From assembly GCA_002269645.1 (NCBI GenBank), contig NIVC01000952.1, positions 114,758 to 178,757 of the forward strand: a stretch of 64,000 nt of DNA, given 5' to 3'. The stretch comes from Macrostomum lignano (taxonomy: Eukaryota). A model generated the notes under the pieces. That model was given only the letters and a program-made list of their open reading frames with translations, was not told the origin of the DNA and searched no databases. The position numbers and the translations under genes are program-made. Numbering within the stretch: the first letter of the stretch is position 1; each line of letters opens with the position of its first letter. Below, one piece after another: positions 1-12,288 of the stretch.

Positions 1-1701
1 ACGCTATGATTTTTACAGAAAAAAACATCACCCACGAGATAAAACGACTTGAAAAAAAATTACGGCTACAGATAGAAAGGATTTTTTACAATTTGCAAAA
101 AAACTGATGTTCCTATCTCCGCAATGTATTAGATTGATATTCGATTTCGAGTACTTCTGCTTGCTCTCTGTCGCTGAAAATTGACATGCAGGACTTCACC
201 CAGACACTAAGCGATTATCATAACTCAAACCGAACTCAAAGCTTCATGCTCGAGAACTATTCGAGAAAAACTGATGTTCCTATCTCCACAATGTATTAGA
301 TTGATATTCGATTTCGAGTACTTCTGCTTGCTCTCTGTCGCTGAAAACTGACATGCAGGACTTCAGCCAGACACTAAGCGTTTATTTGCACTGAATAAAT
401 TATAATTTAGATGAAACTCAATTAGCTCTTTAGTCTTATCATTTAATTAAATCATTAGACTATAGTCTAATAGTCATGCATATTTAATGCTGCACAAAGT
501 TAGGCCATTGAATTGTATGGTAATCGATCAGCTGAGTAAATTGATGCAGGTCGAGCAGCAGAAGTTTTCCTCTTCTTGCGTTGTGGATGCACAGATGCAG
601 TGGATCCAGTCAAGACAGGATGAGCACTCGATCTACCGTAGTGCATGTACAAGAAGTAAAGGTAAAGTGAGTACATGTGCATGGATATTTGACACAGAGG
701 TATTTATACGTACAAGAATTTTACAACCCACCAATCAATTGTTGCTGCACCGTCTGCTTTTGGCGGCTCTTCTGCTTGACAAATGGCACAAGAACCTTGG
801 TTGCTATCGACGGAGTTGTTACTGATTACTTTCTATATGTAACAACGCACTTTCTCAAGAAATTCTTTGCTTGCTTTCTGATATTGTAGCTCCCTACCAA
901 GAATTATGCTTCTGGCATACAAGCAGACAAAGGCACCACAACTAAAAGAATCGTCTTGCTTAGTGTGTGGAGCGCTGCCACTGCGAAAAGGAGTATTTTC
1001 TTTGAGTGAAAAATACTCGTAGATTTCTTTTGGTGCCAGACGTAGAAAAGCACTACAATTGGTGTTCGGAAAAGCTTACATGGATGTGTATCCTTATATT
1101 CATAATTGTCTTATCTGAAGTCAAAGGTTGAAAGGAAAAGCTTCTTACTTCCAGTTTTCTACAATTCTGGGCAACACATTCTGCTGGCGGATATTACTGG
1201 TAGAGGAGTCGAAGAGGTAAACATTTCTAGCTGATACGTTAATCGCTACCAGGTAAAAATAACAGAGAATTTCGCAGAGAATATTTAAAAAAATTGTAAA
1301 TCAGCCAATATATGTACATCATGCATGCAAACATCTTACTATATATTCACACAATTAATGAACAAAATTATTATCCCAATCTAATGCACTGTGGAGATAC
1401 ATGTACATTTACATGTAGAAACATCAGTTTTTCTCGAATAGTTCTCGAGCATGAAGCTTTGAGTTCGGTTTGAGTTATGATAATCGCTTAGTGTCTGGGT
1501 GAAGTCCTGCATGTCAATTTTCAGCGACAGAGAGCAAGCAGAAGTACTCGAAATCGAATATCAATCTAATGCATAGCGGAGATAGGAACATCAGTTTTTT
1601 GCAAATTGTAAAAATCCTTTCTATCTGTAGCCGTAATTTTTTTCAAGTCGGTTTATCTCGTGGGTGATGTTTTTTCTGTAAAAATCATAGCGTTTGGTGC
1701 T
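1..1701. mobile_element. Non-autonomous DNA transposon with long terminal inverted repeats (left end runs off the window)
   Basis: 1-277 is the near-perfect reverse complement of 1421-1693. The left arm has an internal 115-bp duplication (99-213 vs 266-380). The right end reads ...GGTGCT followed by TTAA (1702-1705), compatible with a TTAA-target element, but the left TSD is not visible. Confidence 0.85.
528..1230 (-). pseudogene. Spliced Ulp1/SENP (C48) protease C-terminal half fused to a PHD finger, inside the TIR element
   Basis: Exon 1149-1230 gives RNVYLFDSS (catalytic Asp motif). Exon from 1052 gives ...HTKQDDSFSCGAFVCLYARS (Q-x5-CG catalytic Cys motif), an in-frame TAG at 833-835, then CAICQAEEPPKADGAATIDW. 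Exon 528-632 gives IECSSCLDWIHCIC...FCCSTC, completing a C4HC3 PHD. The His-Trp exon was not found; the donor near 725 is ambiguous. Confidence 0.8.
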
Positions 1702-3009
1702 TTAAAAGCAAAGATTTTTGTTATTTCCGAATATCGATCTTGAATATCGCTCGGGGAATCCCTGCATGTTTAATTTTACCTATACTTATAAGTTTTCTAG
1801 AAACCAGGAAAACCACTTTAAAATGTTACTGAGTAACCTTTTAAGAAAAAACAAAATTACGAGTATGTAAATTTACTTTAATATTTTCCAGAAAAATAGA
1901 ATTTTAAAAAACAAATTTCAAACAACTTAAACTGCGCCATGGCAAATTGAATATATGAAGGTAAGGGATCAAGAATTCATGGATAGTCAGCTCATTGAAC
2001 ATGGTATGGATTTCATGCCGGTCAAACCTCTCTATGACGTATTTATGGGAGGTCATCAGTTCGTATAGATTCATTAGGTTAAATTGTACAATGCAGTGAC
2101 ACCCGGTTTATTCACAGATAGACATCTGAATGAACCCCTTGACAACTGATAATACGCGCCCTCCTGGACGCCTAACTGTGCCCTACTGACACAAATACGG
2201 CTCTATAAAACCAAGTTTAGTTTAGCATCCTGAAAGCCAATGTACTTGAAACCCAATTTAAACCCTGAGCCTTAATCACGGCAAGCCGCAGAATTTCATA
2301 TACATGTAGATACCGCAATTGAAGGTTCACACTCCCTTCAAAAAAGAAAATCAAAAAGTATTTTGCTCATGTCAGCCTTTCTGAATATTTATTTAAAAAA
2401 AAGCAATAACGGGCGCTTCTTGAGTAAAATGGCCAGCTTTATTGTAAAACGTTAATTTATTTCTAGATTAAAAAAGCAGCGCCAATCTTTTGTAAAAACT
2501 CGCCGAAAATGATTCCGAAGTCCAATGTGCTAATAAATAATGTTGTTGACAAATGATGAATATATCAAATCTGCAAATCAAAGTTTATGTATAAAGAAAA
2601 TATCAGCAGCAAATTGATTCGACCAAGAATACGCGAGTTCACAACGGCAATATTTGGATATGAAAAAGCAGAAACTGGGGTACAAGCAGTGTTGCCGACG
2701 CCCACCTTCCTCGCATCTTCTCTCTTTCTCTTCTCTTCATCTCTTCTCTATTTATTCTCTCCATCTCTGCTCTCCCTCTCCTCGATTTCTCAGATTCCTT
2801 TCTCGCATTTCCTCCCACCCATAACCTGACTCTCCTGTCTCCGCTATCATGCATTTACTTTCTCTTTAGTACTTTAGAAGTGCAAAATATTTTCATAACA
2901 CAAGAGATTAACTCAGTCTTACATACGAGCATTGCCATTTGTAAAACGTTAACGAGTCAAAAGGTTCCCAGTTTCTACGAAATGTTCAGACTGTAATCAC
3001 CATTTAGTC

Positions 3010-4686
3010 TCACAGCGCATTTTTGCGCAAGCCATTCGCTCTGGACACGTTGCAGTGCAGGTGGATCTTTAAATCGTTATTATAAATCGCAACGTGACAA
3101 TAGTCGCAAAAGCAGATGAATTTCTGGGCCACTTCAGACTTTTTTATATTGTCCTCCCAGTCCCAATGGGCCTCCTCCTCGGGTGTGATGCCGAACAGCT
3201 GCACCTGCCGCTGTTTGTCAGCTGCTTTGAACTCGCCGGGCGGCGTCACCTCCTTGACTGCGTTGGCGTTCTTTTCAACCTTGAGAATTTAATGTTAGAT
3301 TGCATACATAAAGTTCTGACAGAAATTTTATTTCAGCGAATAAATTGAAACTAAAGACCCGTTCCCGATACCCACACCTTGCGCGCTCCTCCTGCCCCTC
3401 CCGACACCCCACCTCCACGCGCTCCCCTGCCCCTCTCGACCACCCATCTCCACGCGCCCCCTGCCACTCCCGACACCCACCTCAACGCGCCCCCTGCCCC
3501 TCCCGACACTCACCTCCACGCGCCCCTGCCCCTCCCGACACTCACCTCCACACGCCCCCTGCCCCTCCCGACACTCACCTCCACACGCCCCCTGCCCCTC
3601 CCGACACTCACCTCCACACGCCCCCTGCCCCTCCCGACACTCACCTCCACACGCCCCCTGCCCCTCACGACACCCACCTCCACGCGCCCCCTGCCCCTCC
3701 CGACACCCACCTCCACGCACTCCCCCTGCCCCTCCCGAAACCTCACGCGCTGCCATGCCTCTCTGCCCCTCTCAACACCCACCTCCACGTGCTCCCCTGC
3801 CCCTCCCGACACCCACCTCACACGCTGCCCCTCTCCCCTCCCGACACCTATCTCATGCCCTGACCCTCAGTCACATCGCAATTGCATCGCAAACTCACCC
3901 ACTCCCTGAAGATATACGAAGCTTTCTCTTCCGGGTTATCTTTGGCCGCTGGCGTACCAGATTTCGACTGGACGAGTTGCAGGCATCTGGCAGCAATTTC
4001 CGGATGAACGGATTCGATAATTAAATCGTTGGCCGCCTGAGGTATGGCAGAGATTAGCTGCTGACAGCGGACCCATTTCTGAAATTTAAATTAGCCATAT
4101 TTTAACCTTTCGTATACTTGAAATTGTTGCCACCCTAAACAACACCGTTCCTGCCACTCACGTTGCTCCGTCCCTCGTAGAAGCCCAGCATGAGCAGTGT
4201 GGCTTTGACCGCCTTGAATTCCCATTTTGGCGGCCTCGGGTAGCTGCGCAGCTGAGCCAGTTGATCTCTGGTCAAATTTCCCATAGGAACCTTTCGACCC
4301 AAAGGGCTTGCACTCCGGTTTTGGCTCTGGTTTTGGCTCTGGCTTTGGCTTCGGTTTTGGCTCTGGCTTTGGCTCTGGTTTTGAAACTGGTTGTGACTCC
4401 GGTTTTGGCTCTGGTTTTCACTCTGGTTTTCACTCTCGATTTGGTGCTGATGCGTGTTTGAGCTTTGGTCCGCACTCTGAGTCTGGTTCTGGATTTGGCG
4501 ATTGAGATGACTTTGAGTCTGGTTTTTTAGACACCTGTAGTAACAATATGCTTTCATAGATTAACAGTAAGTGTAAGTGTAACTCGCGATAGACCAGGAC
4601 TGGTTTTTGAAACTTCACTTTTCGTCAGCTGGTTTCAATTCTTAATAATATTTAATAATCAAAAACTTTTAATAATAATAATAATA

Positions 4687-4738
<52 letters not shown>

Positions 4739-7411
4739 CAATGCTGATGACAGAGAAACACATGGCTTTCCCTAGACTAAGGAAAGACAGACTGAGGCAG
4801 ACAAACCACAGGACACCTACCACAGGACAGTGCACAATGTAGGTGGCCAGTCGAGCCCAGCCGCTGCCTCCATACTTCTTTTTAATTCGAACTGTCAGAG
4901 CGAACTTGCCAGCGCAAGGTGACCGAAACACAACCCGGACAATGTCCGATGGTGCAGGACCAAGCCGGTCGCAGCGAATGATTCTGCCATGTTTCAACCT
5001 GTTGGATGCCGGCGCATCAGAACTCGACAAGCACCTGCTGGCGATGCTGACCTTGGCATCGAATTCTAAATCTCGAAGCAGCTCGGCGTCAGGCACTCTG
5101 CAATATCCATTCCAATCGGCACTTTGTACGGGTGTACGACGAGCTGTTGAAAAGTTTGCACGTCCAAAATTTTAAAATAAATTACCTGAAAAGAATCTCA
5201 ACTCGGCCTTCCTCTTCAGCTAGAATGACATTTTTCAGATAGTTGAGCGGCTCCACCTGCCAGCAGTGCGGCATGGCCTGCTCAGAGCCGGCAAAATAGT
5301 GCGGCATCTGCTCGAACTGCTCGAACTTGATCGGCTTCTTCAACAGCTGCCAGCTCCTATCGTCCGGGTAGTGGCTCATTACCAGCTTCTCGGGATCAGT
5401 TAGAAAGAAAAACTCGTTGCGGCCGAACTTCTCCTCAATCTGAGGGGTCTCACTGGCTGTCAGGGTCTGGGACAACTCGCCATCTTTGTCCAGCTCGCGG
5501 TATCTGCCAGTGCGGCTGCTGAATACCGACGAGGCAGCCCAGTGGACGTCAACCAGTCGCCATTCTCCGCTCACGAAGCAGGCGTGCCAAGGATTTACCG
5601 ATCGTCTGACATGGAAGCCAACTTTGGAGTCTGCAGACTTCTTCCAGCCTTCGATTCGTTCTATTGGTACGCCTCCGGCTCTGAAATATTTTCCTGCGTT
5701 TGCTATACTTTCATTACTATGGGAAAAGGCTCACTAAGTCACTCTTGGTTAGTGCACCGCTACGCTAAATGAACCGTCAAGTCGCAGCACTGATGCACAA
5801 AGGGACTAAAGAATATGTACAAGTTGCGTGATCACGCAAAAATTTACTCCATTTTATGGAGGTGCGATCGAGCCTCAAGACTCTCAGTGCACTGGTCCGC
5901 TAAGACACTGGTCTGCTAAGACACTGGTCTACTAAGACAATGGTCTGCTAAGACACTGGTCTACTAAGACACTGATCAACTAAGACACAGGTTTACTAAG
6001 ACACTGGTCTACTAAGACACTGATCAACTAAGACACTGGTTTACTAAGACACTGGTCTACTAAGACACTGATCAACTAAGACACAGGTTTACTGAGACAC
6101 TGGTCTACGAGGACACTGGTTTACTAAGACGCTGGTCTACTGAGACACTGGTTTACTAAGACACTGGTTTACTAAGACACTGGTCTACTGAGACACTGGT
6201 TTACTAAGACACTGGTCTACTAAGACACTGGTTTACTAAGACACTGGTCTACTAAGACACTGGTTTACTAAGACACTGGTTTACTAAGACACTGGTCTAC
6301 TAAGACACTGGTCTACTAAGACACTGGTCTACTAAGACACTGGTCTACTAAGACACTGGTTTACTAAGACGCTGGTCTACGAGGACACTGGTTTACTAAG
6401 ACGCTGGTCTACTAAGACACTGGTCTACTAAGACACTGGTTTACTAAGACACTGGTCTACTAAGACACTGGTCTACTAAGACACTGGTTTACTAAGACAC
6501 TGGTCTACTAAGACACTGGTTTACTAAGACACAGGTCTACTAAGACACTGGTTTACTAAGACACTGGTTTACTAAGACACTGGTCTACTAAGACACTGGT
6601 TTACTAAGACACTGGTCTACTAAGACACTGGTCTACTAAGACACTGGTTTACTAAGACACTGGTCTACTAAGACACTGGTTTACTAAGACACTGGTCTAC
6701 TAAGACACTGATCAACTAAGACACTGGTCTGCTAAGAGGCTAATCTACTAGGTTTCACTCCCAATGCGATAGTCTCTTTTCTAAAATAAAAATTTAGCAC
6801 TTTCAAGGCACTCTCGCATCAAATCGTACATACAGGCTTCACGTGCTCTTCTTCAACAATCTTTACACACAATTTGCTACAAAAATTAATTTCCTTAACA
6901 AACTGAATGACTGAACCTGAACTCTTCAGAATGAGCAGTCCTACCTGACCAAGTTCTCAAAAATCTCTGCATAGTTTCTCTCTCGAATAAGCGTGTACGC
7001 TGAGCTCTCTTTGTTGCGAGCTGGCAGTCCGTTGTTCCAGTCTCTGCAGGTAAACACAAAAGCAGAGCGCACTTTTTCGAGATCGCCGGTCGAATTCCGA
7101 AACAATTTCTGAGAAAGCGTCTCCCAGTCGTCCTGCCAGTTCAGTTGCACCGACTCTGCTGCCTGATCAATATCGGTGAATTTCTGAATCTGAAACAGCT
7201 CTTCTTTTCGTCTGCTACACGGAGTTGGCTGTGGCTGGTTGGCCCTCGCCGCACTCGGTTTGGCAGCTTGCAGCTGACTGTCAACCAGGCTGCGCAAAGT
7301 TGGAAATCCTTTTGGGGAACTCAAAAGATAGTTATTTAATGGAATTTCATCTCCTTCTAGCGCATAATTTTTGTAGTAGTCTAGTACTTGTAAAATGTTT
7401 CCTTCTGGCAT
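3010..7411 (-). CDS. Paralog A: hillarin/KY-like pseudo-transglutaminase with C-terminal dynein MTBD-like domain
   Basis: Exons with GT-AG ends: 6945-7411 (DLEKVRSAFVF...RNYAEIF), 5186-5680 (IEGWKK...NPWHACFVSGEWRLVDVHW...FFLTDPEKLVMSHYP), ~4820-5097, 4162-~4535 (LAQLRSYPRPP...ATLLMLGFYE), 3899-4078 (KWVRCQ...IFREW), 3010-3279. Phase at the ~4820/4535 junction is unresolved. Confidence 0.8.
3379..3870. repeat. C-rich 33-bp intronic minisatellite
   Basis: Unit ctcacctccacacgccccctgcccctcccgaca repeated about 14 times with decay, within an intron of paralog A. Confidence 0.9.
4310..4440 (-). repeat. Coding 12-bp-type repeat (ccagagccaaaa) in the paralog A linker
   Basis: Reads NQSQ in the frame open into the MTBD exon. 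Reads PEPK, with two TGA stops, in the alternative frame. Confidence 0.8.
4669..4740. repeat. Compound (AAT)n(GAT)n microsatellite
   Basis: Direct reading; it produces the poly-Ile tail of the track ORF 4659-5096. Confidence 0.95.
5888..6735. repeat. 16-bp tandem satellite (actaagacactggtct/ttt), about 50 units
   Basis: Continuous array in the intron preceding the transglutaminase-core exon of paralog A. Confidence 0.95.
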
Positions 7412-8835
7412 ATTCTTTGGAACAGAAATGAAAACACACGTGTATCATCATTCACTATAAAAATGCGAAACTAAGGCATAACATGGAAAGCAAGCGTTTT
7501 GTTATACATGGTAATTTAACGTATTTCAGTTTTTAGTATAGGAAAATACTCATAGCTCCAGTTACAACAAAGTTATTAATATTATAACGGTATTGTTTTT
7601 ATATATGTTGGTTAAAATTATTAAAGATGAAAATGATATTCTAACTCCGTTTAAATATTTTAGCTCTTTGAATTAGAAAATCTATTTTAAAAGCCTATTT
7701 AAAATTTTTAAGTTAAGAAAACAATAAGCTAAAGTCCTTAATTTTTAGGACTATGCTTTAGGTCTTAAAATAAGTAATACAATAAGAGGATGAAAATGCA
7801 ATACAAAATTTGAAATAAAAAGAGGCAAAACAAGCCAACCCAAAAATTGGAAAGAGTACAATCTAATTGTATCTGATTGCACGTGACTAGTTTGCAACAC
7901 ATATTCACCCCTAAGAACTCTAATAATCAGCCTTAAAAACAGCATTTCGAAATTATAAATGCATATACTATATTTACTTGTAGCAAGTAGCAAATGTAAA
8001 TTCTAAAATATAATCAACAAAACGACAACGTGAATTGCTTAAGTTTTATTTTTGCTAATATCAGCTAAGTGGTGCGGTGCTTTGAAACATAGTAATAGTA
8101 TATCTTACTAGAGCGTTATGGACAAGCATACAAATATTAGAGATTTAGTATATTTAGATATTATAGTAAAAAACTACTCTGGGTGAGAACGGGAAGTAGG
8201 TATAAAATTAATAACAGTGAATCAGTGACCTGTTTCACGACATGCGGTACCATTTCAAAGTGTTAATAACACTGACTTGCCTGTTAATGTGCTCCTACGT
8301 CAATTTGCCGCGGATAACCTTAGTTGCAAAAAGACAAACAAAAAATTTCAACGTTGTTGAACTTTTTTGTAGATTGTCGCTCTAGCAAAAATATTTAAAC
8401 TACTAAATAGCGAAAATCTTTTAGATTCTTTTGAAATATTGATTGGAGTCTTTGGCACTGCTCTACACATTCGAATATTAGACAGAAGGAAACGGAATCT
8501 TAATTAAATATTTACTTTCAATTCAATAGTTTTTGATTAAAAAAATATGCATCTAAACATGCGCTAATTCAAATGCTTTGGCTAAAACTTGCTGTATATA
8601 AAAACGACTTAGCTCACTATATAGCAGCAGAAATTCCTAGAGAAAAGAAAAAAAAACATAACAGCAACTAATTTACAACTGGATATCCAAACTTAAGATC
8701 CCAGGCAGTCAAAGGATTTAAAGGCAACGTGCAGAATATTTGTAGTAATATCTAAGCTTTCTATCACTACATGGACATAAATTTACTTTTAAACAATCTT
8801 ATATTGGATTTGTCGATTCACGGGATGAGTCAATC

Positions 8836-8883
8836 CAAGGACCACTAGAAGTTACCTACAACGGTAACTTCTAGTGGTCCTTG
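8836..8883. mobile_element. 48-bp P-element-type palindrome (CAAGG...CCTTG) with 8-bp TSD
   Basis: 21-bp perfect arms with a 6-bp spacer; agtcaatc on both sides (8828-8835, 8884-8891). Confidence 0.85.
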
Positions 8884-9425
8884 AGTCAATCATTTCAAAG
8901 TTTGTTTTCCTTTGTTTTTCTAGCAGTCGCTAACGTCCATTTACTAAATTGGTTAGGAGTGTCATCAGGCGAAACGGGTGGTAGGGGTAACTTAAGAAAC
9001 ATTTAAATAATTAATTTAACAGTGGAGACTCTAGGTTGCCAGCAGACAGATTGCGGATGAGGGATGATCAGCTTAAGAACTGCTCAGAGAAGCTGGAGCA
9101 ACCAAGCATTGTGGTTAAAAGTGGGCTAGTATAGAAAACTTGCATGTTTTATTTACGCGAAGTCCTGAACTGTCCTGGCCCCAGCTACCCTTGATCCGTT
9201 CTTGATCGGGACTCAGCCTTAATCTCGCATCACAAATTAAATCTGGGTTCTTCTGCAGGAGTGGCATTTTTATTATCGCGACGATGCAGAGAACACAGCG
9301 CTGCTCTGCAGCTTATTTTTAGACTGCGCTTAGTCATTGCTCATGGAGAGCCAGGGTTTAATACAAAGCAGTAGTGGAAAACGCAGTGCACCCGCTGGGA
9401 ATAAGGCTACTAGCTATATTTCTAT

Positions 9426-10471
9426 ATGCGAAGCATGTCGCTCTCTGTGTCGCCAGCGCACTCCACTGCCTCCGCTTCGGGCTCAACATCGCCTGCTCCA
9501 CCGCCGTTGTCACCGGGACGCGTCGCAGCAGAGGAGGCAGCTGCACAGAATCCCTTCCTTGATGCGTTCTTTGCGGTCGACAAGGATCGGAGCGAGTCCA
9601 TCACACCGGATGAATTAGCGGCCTACATGACCAGCAGCAGCCAGTTTGAGGCCAATTTTGGCGAGGTTTGTAGCTTCCAGTGTTTCCAATGCTTTGTGTA
9701 CTTATTCACACGGTGATCCGGACTCCGGTATTTAAGGGTTTAAACTGATCTAACAGATCTTATGTTGGTATCAAGGTAGGTAAAATGGTCGCTGAAATGT
9801 TATTTAGCTGCATTCATCAGACTCGCAGATAGTATTGAGTAATAGTTACACACAAACATCCAAGTCATGGCATTTACCGAATTCGCTTTTTCAGAAATGG
9901 ATGAAGCTATTTGATGAGAACGATGACGGCGCGATTACACTGGACGAATACTGCAACGTTCTGGGGCTCAATCCGAAGCAAGCGTAAGACTGTATACTGT
10001 TTTTCATGATTCAATTGAACTTTTTATTCTTTAGAGCACATATTGCTGCGTCATCATTAGCTCGCAAAACCCAACTTCGTGCAATGCGTCGAATGAACTC
10101 GTGGTAACGCACGAAAGCAACCCATCGCATTTTCCTAAAATAGGCGAATCTACCGACTCAACCAGCTCAAGGCCGAGTGTCTGAGGAATAACCGGCTGCC
10201 GGAGGACGTCACCGTCATCGCCTCCAGCATGGGCCTAGAGATGCAGGTGGACCTGACTGAAATATTTCGCGACGCCCAGAGACGCGGCAAAGATGAGAAA
10301 GATGTCGCTGGCCGGCTGAAGCAGCAGCTGGACGGCCAGTTCGGCAAGCTTTGGCACGTTGTCATGGTTACGGGACAGTACTGGGCCAGCTATAGCCACG
10401 AGCCTGGGCTGTCATTTTTCTTCAAGATTGGTCGCCATATCGTCATGTGCTGGAAGACGCCTGATGTATAA
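9426..10471 (+). CDS. Tegumental-allergen-like (TAL) protein: two EF-hands plus dynein light chain-like domain
   Basis: Exons 9426-9665 (FFAVDKDRSESITPDEL), 9895-9983 (LFDENDDGAITLDEY), 10035-10103 and 10144-10471 (LKQQLDGQFGKLWHVVMVTGQYWASYSHEPGLSFFFKIG) join in frame at GT-AG junctions. Confidence 0.9.
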
Positions 10472-10788
10472 AGATTGCTTAAGCGTGCCGCTCATCATTC
10501 TAAACTGCTATTGCTTCTGCTTGCAATGCCGATGAAATTTGCAGCCATTGTATTAACTATATTCCACACTCCACAGACTGACTCACGATATTCCCGTGCA
10601 GTGACGCAACGCATTAGTGTAGACTGATGAATCATCGCGCACATTTTACACCGAGAATTCTCATTCAAATATATTCTGTCACATCATTATTTCAATTACC
10701 CAACTTTTGGCTGAAATGCCCAATCCGTTGAAACCGTTTAAAACCGACTAATGGCTTATTTAACTTGGCCTTTCTTCTTCGTAGGATG

Positions 10789-10830
10789 CATGGACTTCTA
10801 TACTTAGCATGCTAAGTATAGAAGTCCATG
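10789..10830. mobile_element. 42-bp perfect palindrome (CATGG...CCATG) with 8-bp TSD
   Basis: Arms of 21+21 bp with no spacer; gtaggatg on both sides (10781-10788, 10831-10838). Confidence 0.85.
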
Positions 10831-11599
10831 GTAGGATGCCTTACTTTCGCGTAGTCTATGGTCAGATTTCATGTAACTGGTCTCAAATTAAGTCCTGCCT
10901 CAAATCATCCGCAGCTAGTAGGCCCATTCGGCGTTGCTTCACTCTTTAATTGGCTTGAGCACCAGCAATCCAGTGTGTCCGCCGTTCAGGATGGCCTCAT
11001 GTCTGGACTTGACGGCTCATTTGGCTTGACGGCCCATTTCTTCTTCCTCTTCGCATTGGCAGGCACTGCGGCGTCGATCTTTTCAGCAATCTGATCTTTG
11101 TTGAAGGTCGCAAATCTAGAGCATTGGAGTGCAGCACCCATCAAACTGGTCTCATTATTTGCGGCTATGTGTTTTTAGCCAGGCTATATCAGCCTCGATA
11201 AGCTCAAAAATATCTATGGCGTCCATGTCTCATTGTCGGCTGATTCTCCATGCAGGAATGGCATTCTTGCACGCTTTTGCGTGCAGGAGTGGATGTCAAC
11301 GAGTATGGTAAAATTTCACTGAAAAAGCATTAGGCGAAGAAATGCATTCCTGCACGGTTTTGTGCATTGCTTCACGATGACTCCAGGGACAACTAAAACC
11401 CTCGGGACGCGAAACGAGCCAATTCATGGCAAAAAATCTGAGGGGCTCGCTTAAAAGTATTGTTCTATGGCTTTTTCAAGTCTTCTCTGCTATCAGGCAT
11501 TAACGGTTAGATTAAATAGTAAAGCGAGGCAATGTCGAGTATTTAATTTAAAGAATAGGAACCAGTGATATAATTATTTACAATAAAGTAACCGCCATA

Positions 11600-11740
11600 C
11601 CAACAAAAAACTCCAACGGCAAGAAGATAAAAGATGAAAGCAAAGATATAACTCCAACGGCAAGAAGATAAAGGATGAAAGCGAAGATGAAACTCCAACG
11701 GCAAGAAGATAGAAGCAAATACGGAACTCCAAGGACAAGA
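11600..11740. repeat. Three ~42-bp tandem units at the deletion breakpoint of the P-like transposase
   Basis: actccaacggcaagaagata... repeated three times. Confidence 0.8.
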
Positions 11741-12054
11741 CGACACAAACAGTCAGTAGCTCGTACATAAAGGAACCTGGTCCGGATCGTCGACGGCTCG
11801 ACCCAGAAGGTGACGGCATCGATATCGAACGGACGGTTGTATGTACATTTCGTCAAACATATTACGCAGTTTCGCTGAGCTCCTGATAGACTAGCAAAAA
11901 CTGACTGGATCACATCGGCTGCGTCGGTTTCTGTGTTAACTTCTCCTGTACCTGCTAGTTGCAGCTGCAGCGTTCGGGGATGAGGCAATGGCAATAGCTT
12001 CCGTAGGTAAGAGTAAGCCGAACTACTGATCAAGTAGAGCAATGCTGACTGTCG

Positions 12055-12288
12055 CACTACACCTTTTCACGTTCAATTTTGAACAAAGGCCAGTTCTAAA
12101 AAAACTAGCGGAAATTCAATTCAGACAATTCAGACTGGGGCAACAAACCCCAGTTCAAAACATTCTGCTACGGAAGCGAGGTTTAGCCATAGACAAAATT
12201 GTCCCCAGTCTGAATTGTCTGAATTGAATTTCCGCTAGTTTTTTTAGAACTGGACTTTGTTCAAAATTGAACGTGAAAAGGTGTAGTG
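12055..12288. mobile_element. 234-bp foldback MITE with CACTA...TAGTG ends nested in the P-like transposase
   Basis: About 86-bp inverted arms (12055-12140, ~12203-12288); it interrupts RRYD.../RQSALLY. No clear TSD. Confidence 0.7.

Noticed and set aside
2639-2854. Arg/Glu-rich short ORFs
   Set aside because: CT-rich low-complexity DNA with no splice or homology support.
3328-3909. Pro/His/Thr-rich and Gly/Arg-rich ORFs of 100-176 aa
   Set aside because: Translations of the 33-bp intronic minisatellite, open in several frames.
4659-4815. Hydrophobic poly-Ile tail resembling a transmembrane helix
   Set aside because: Read-through into an intron and the (GAT)n/(AAT)n microsatellite past a GTAGGT donor.
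10990-11380. Fragmentary minus-strand reading (DAIDIFELIEADIAWL...FNKDQIAEKIDAAV) that looks coding
   Set aside because: Broken frames and no recognisable family motif; cannot be supported without a search.
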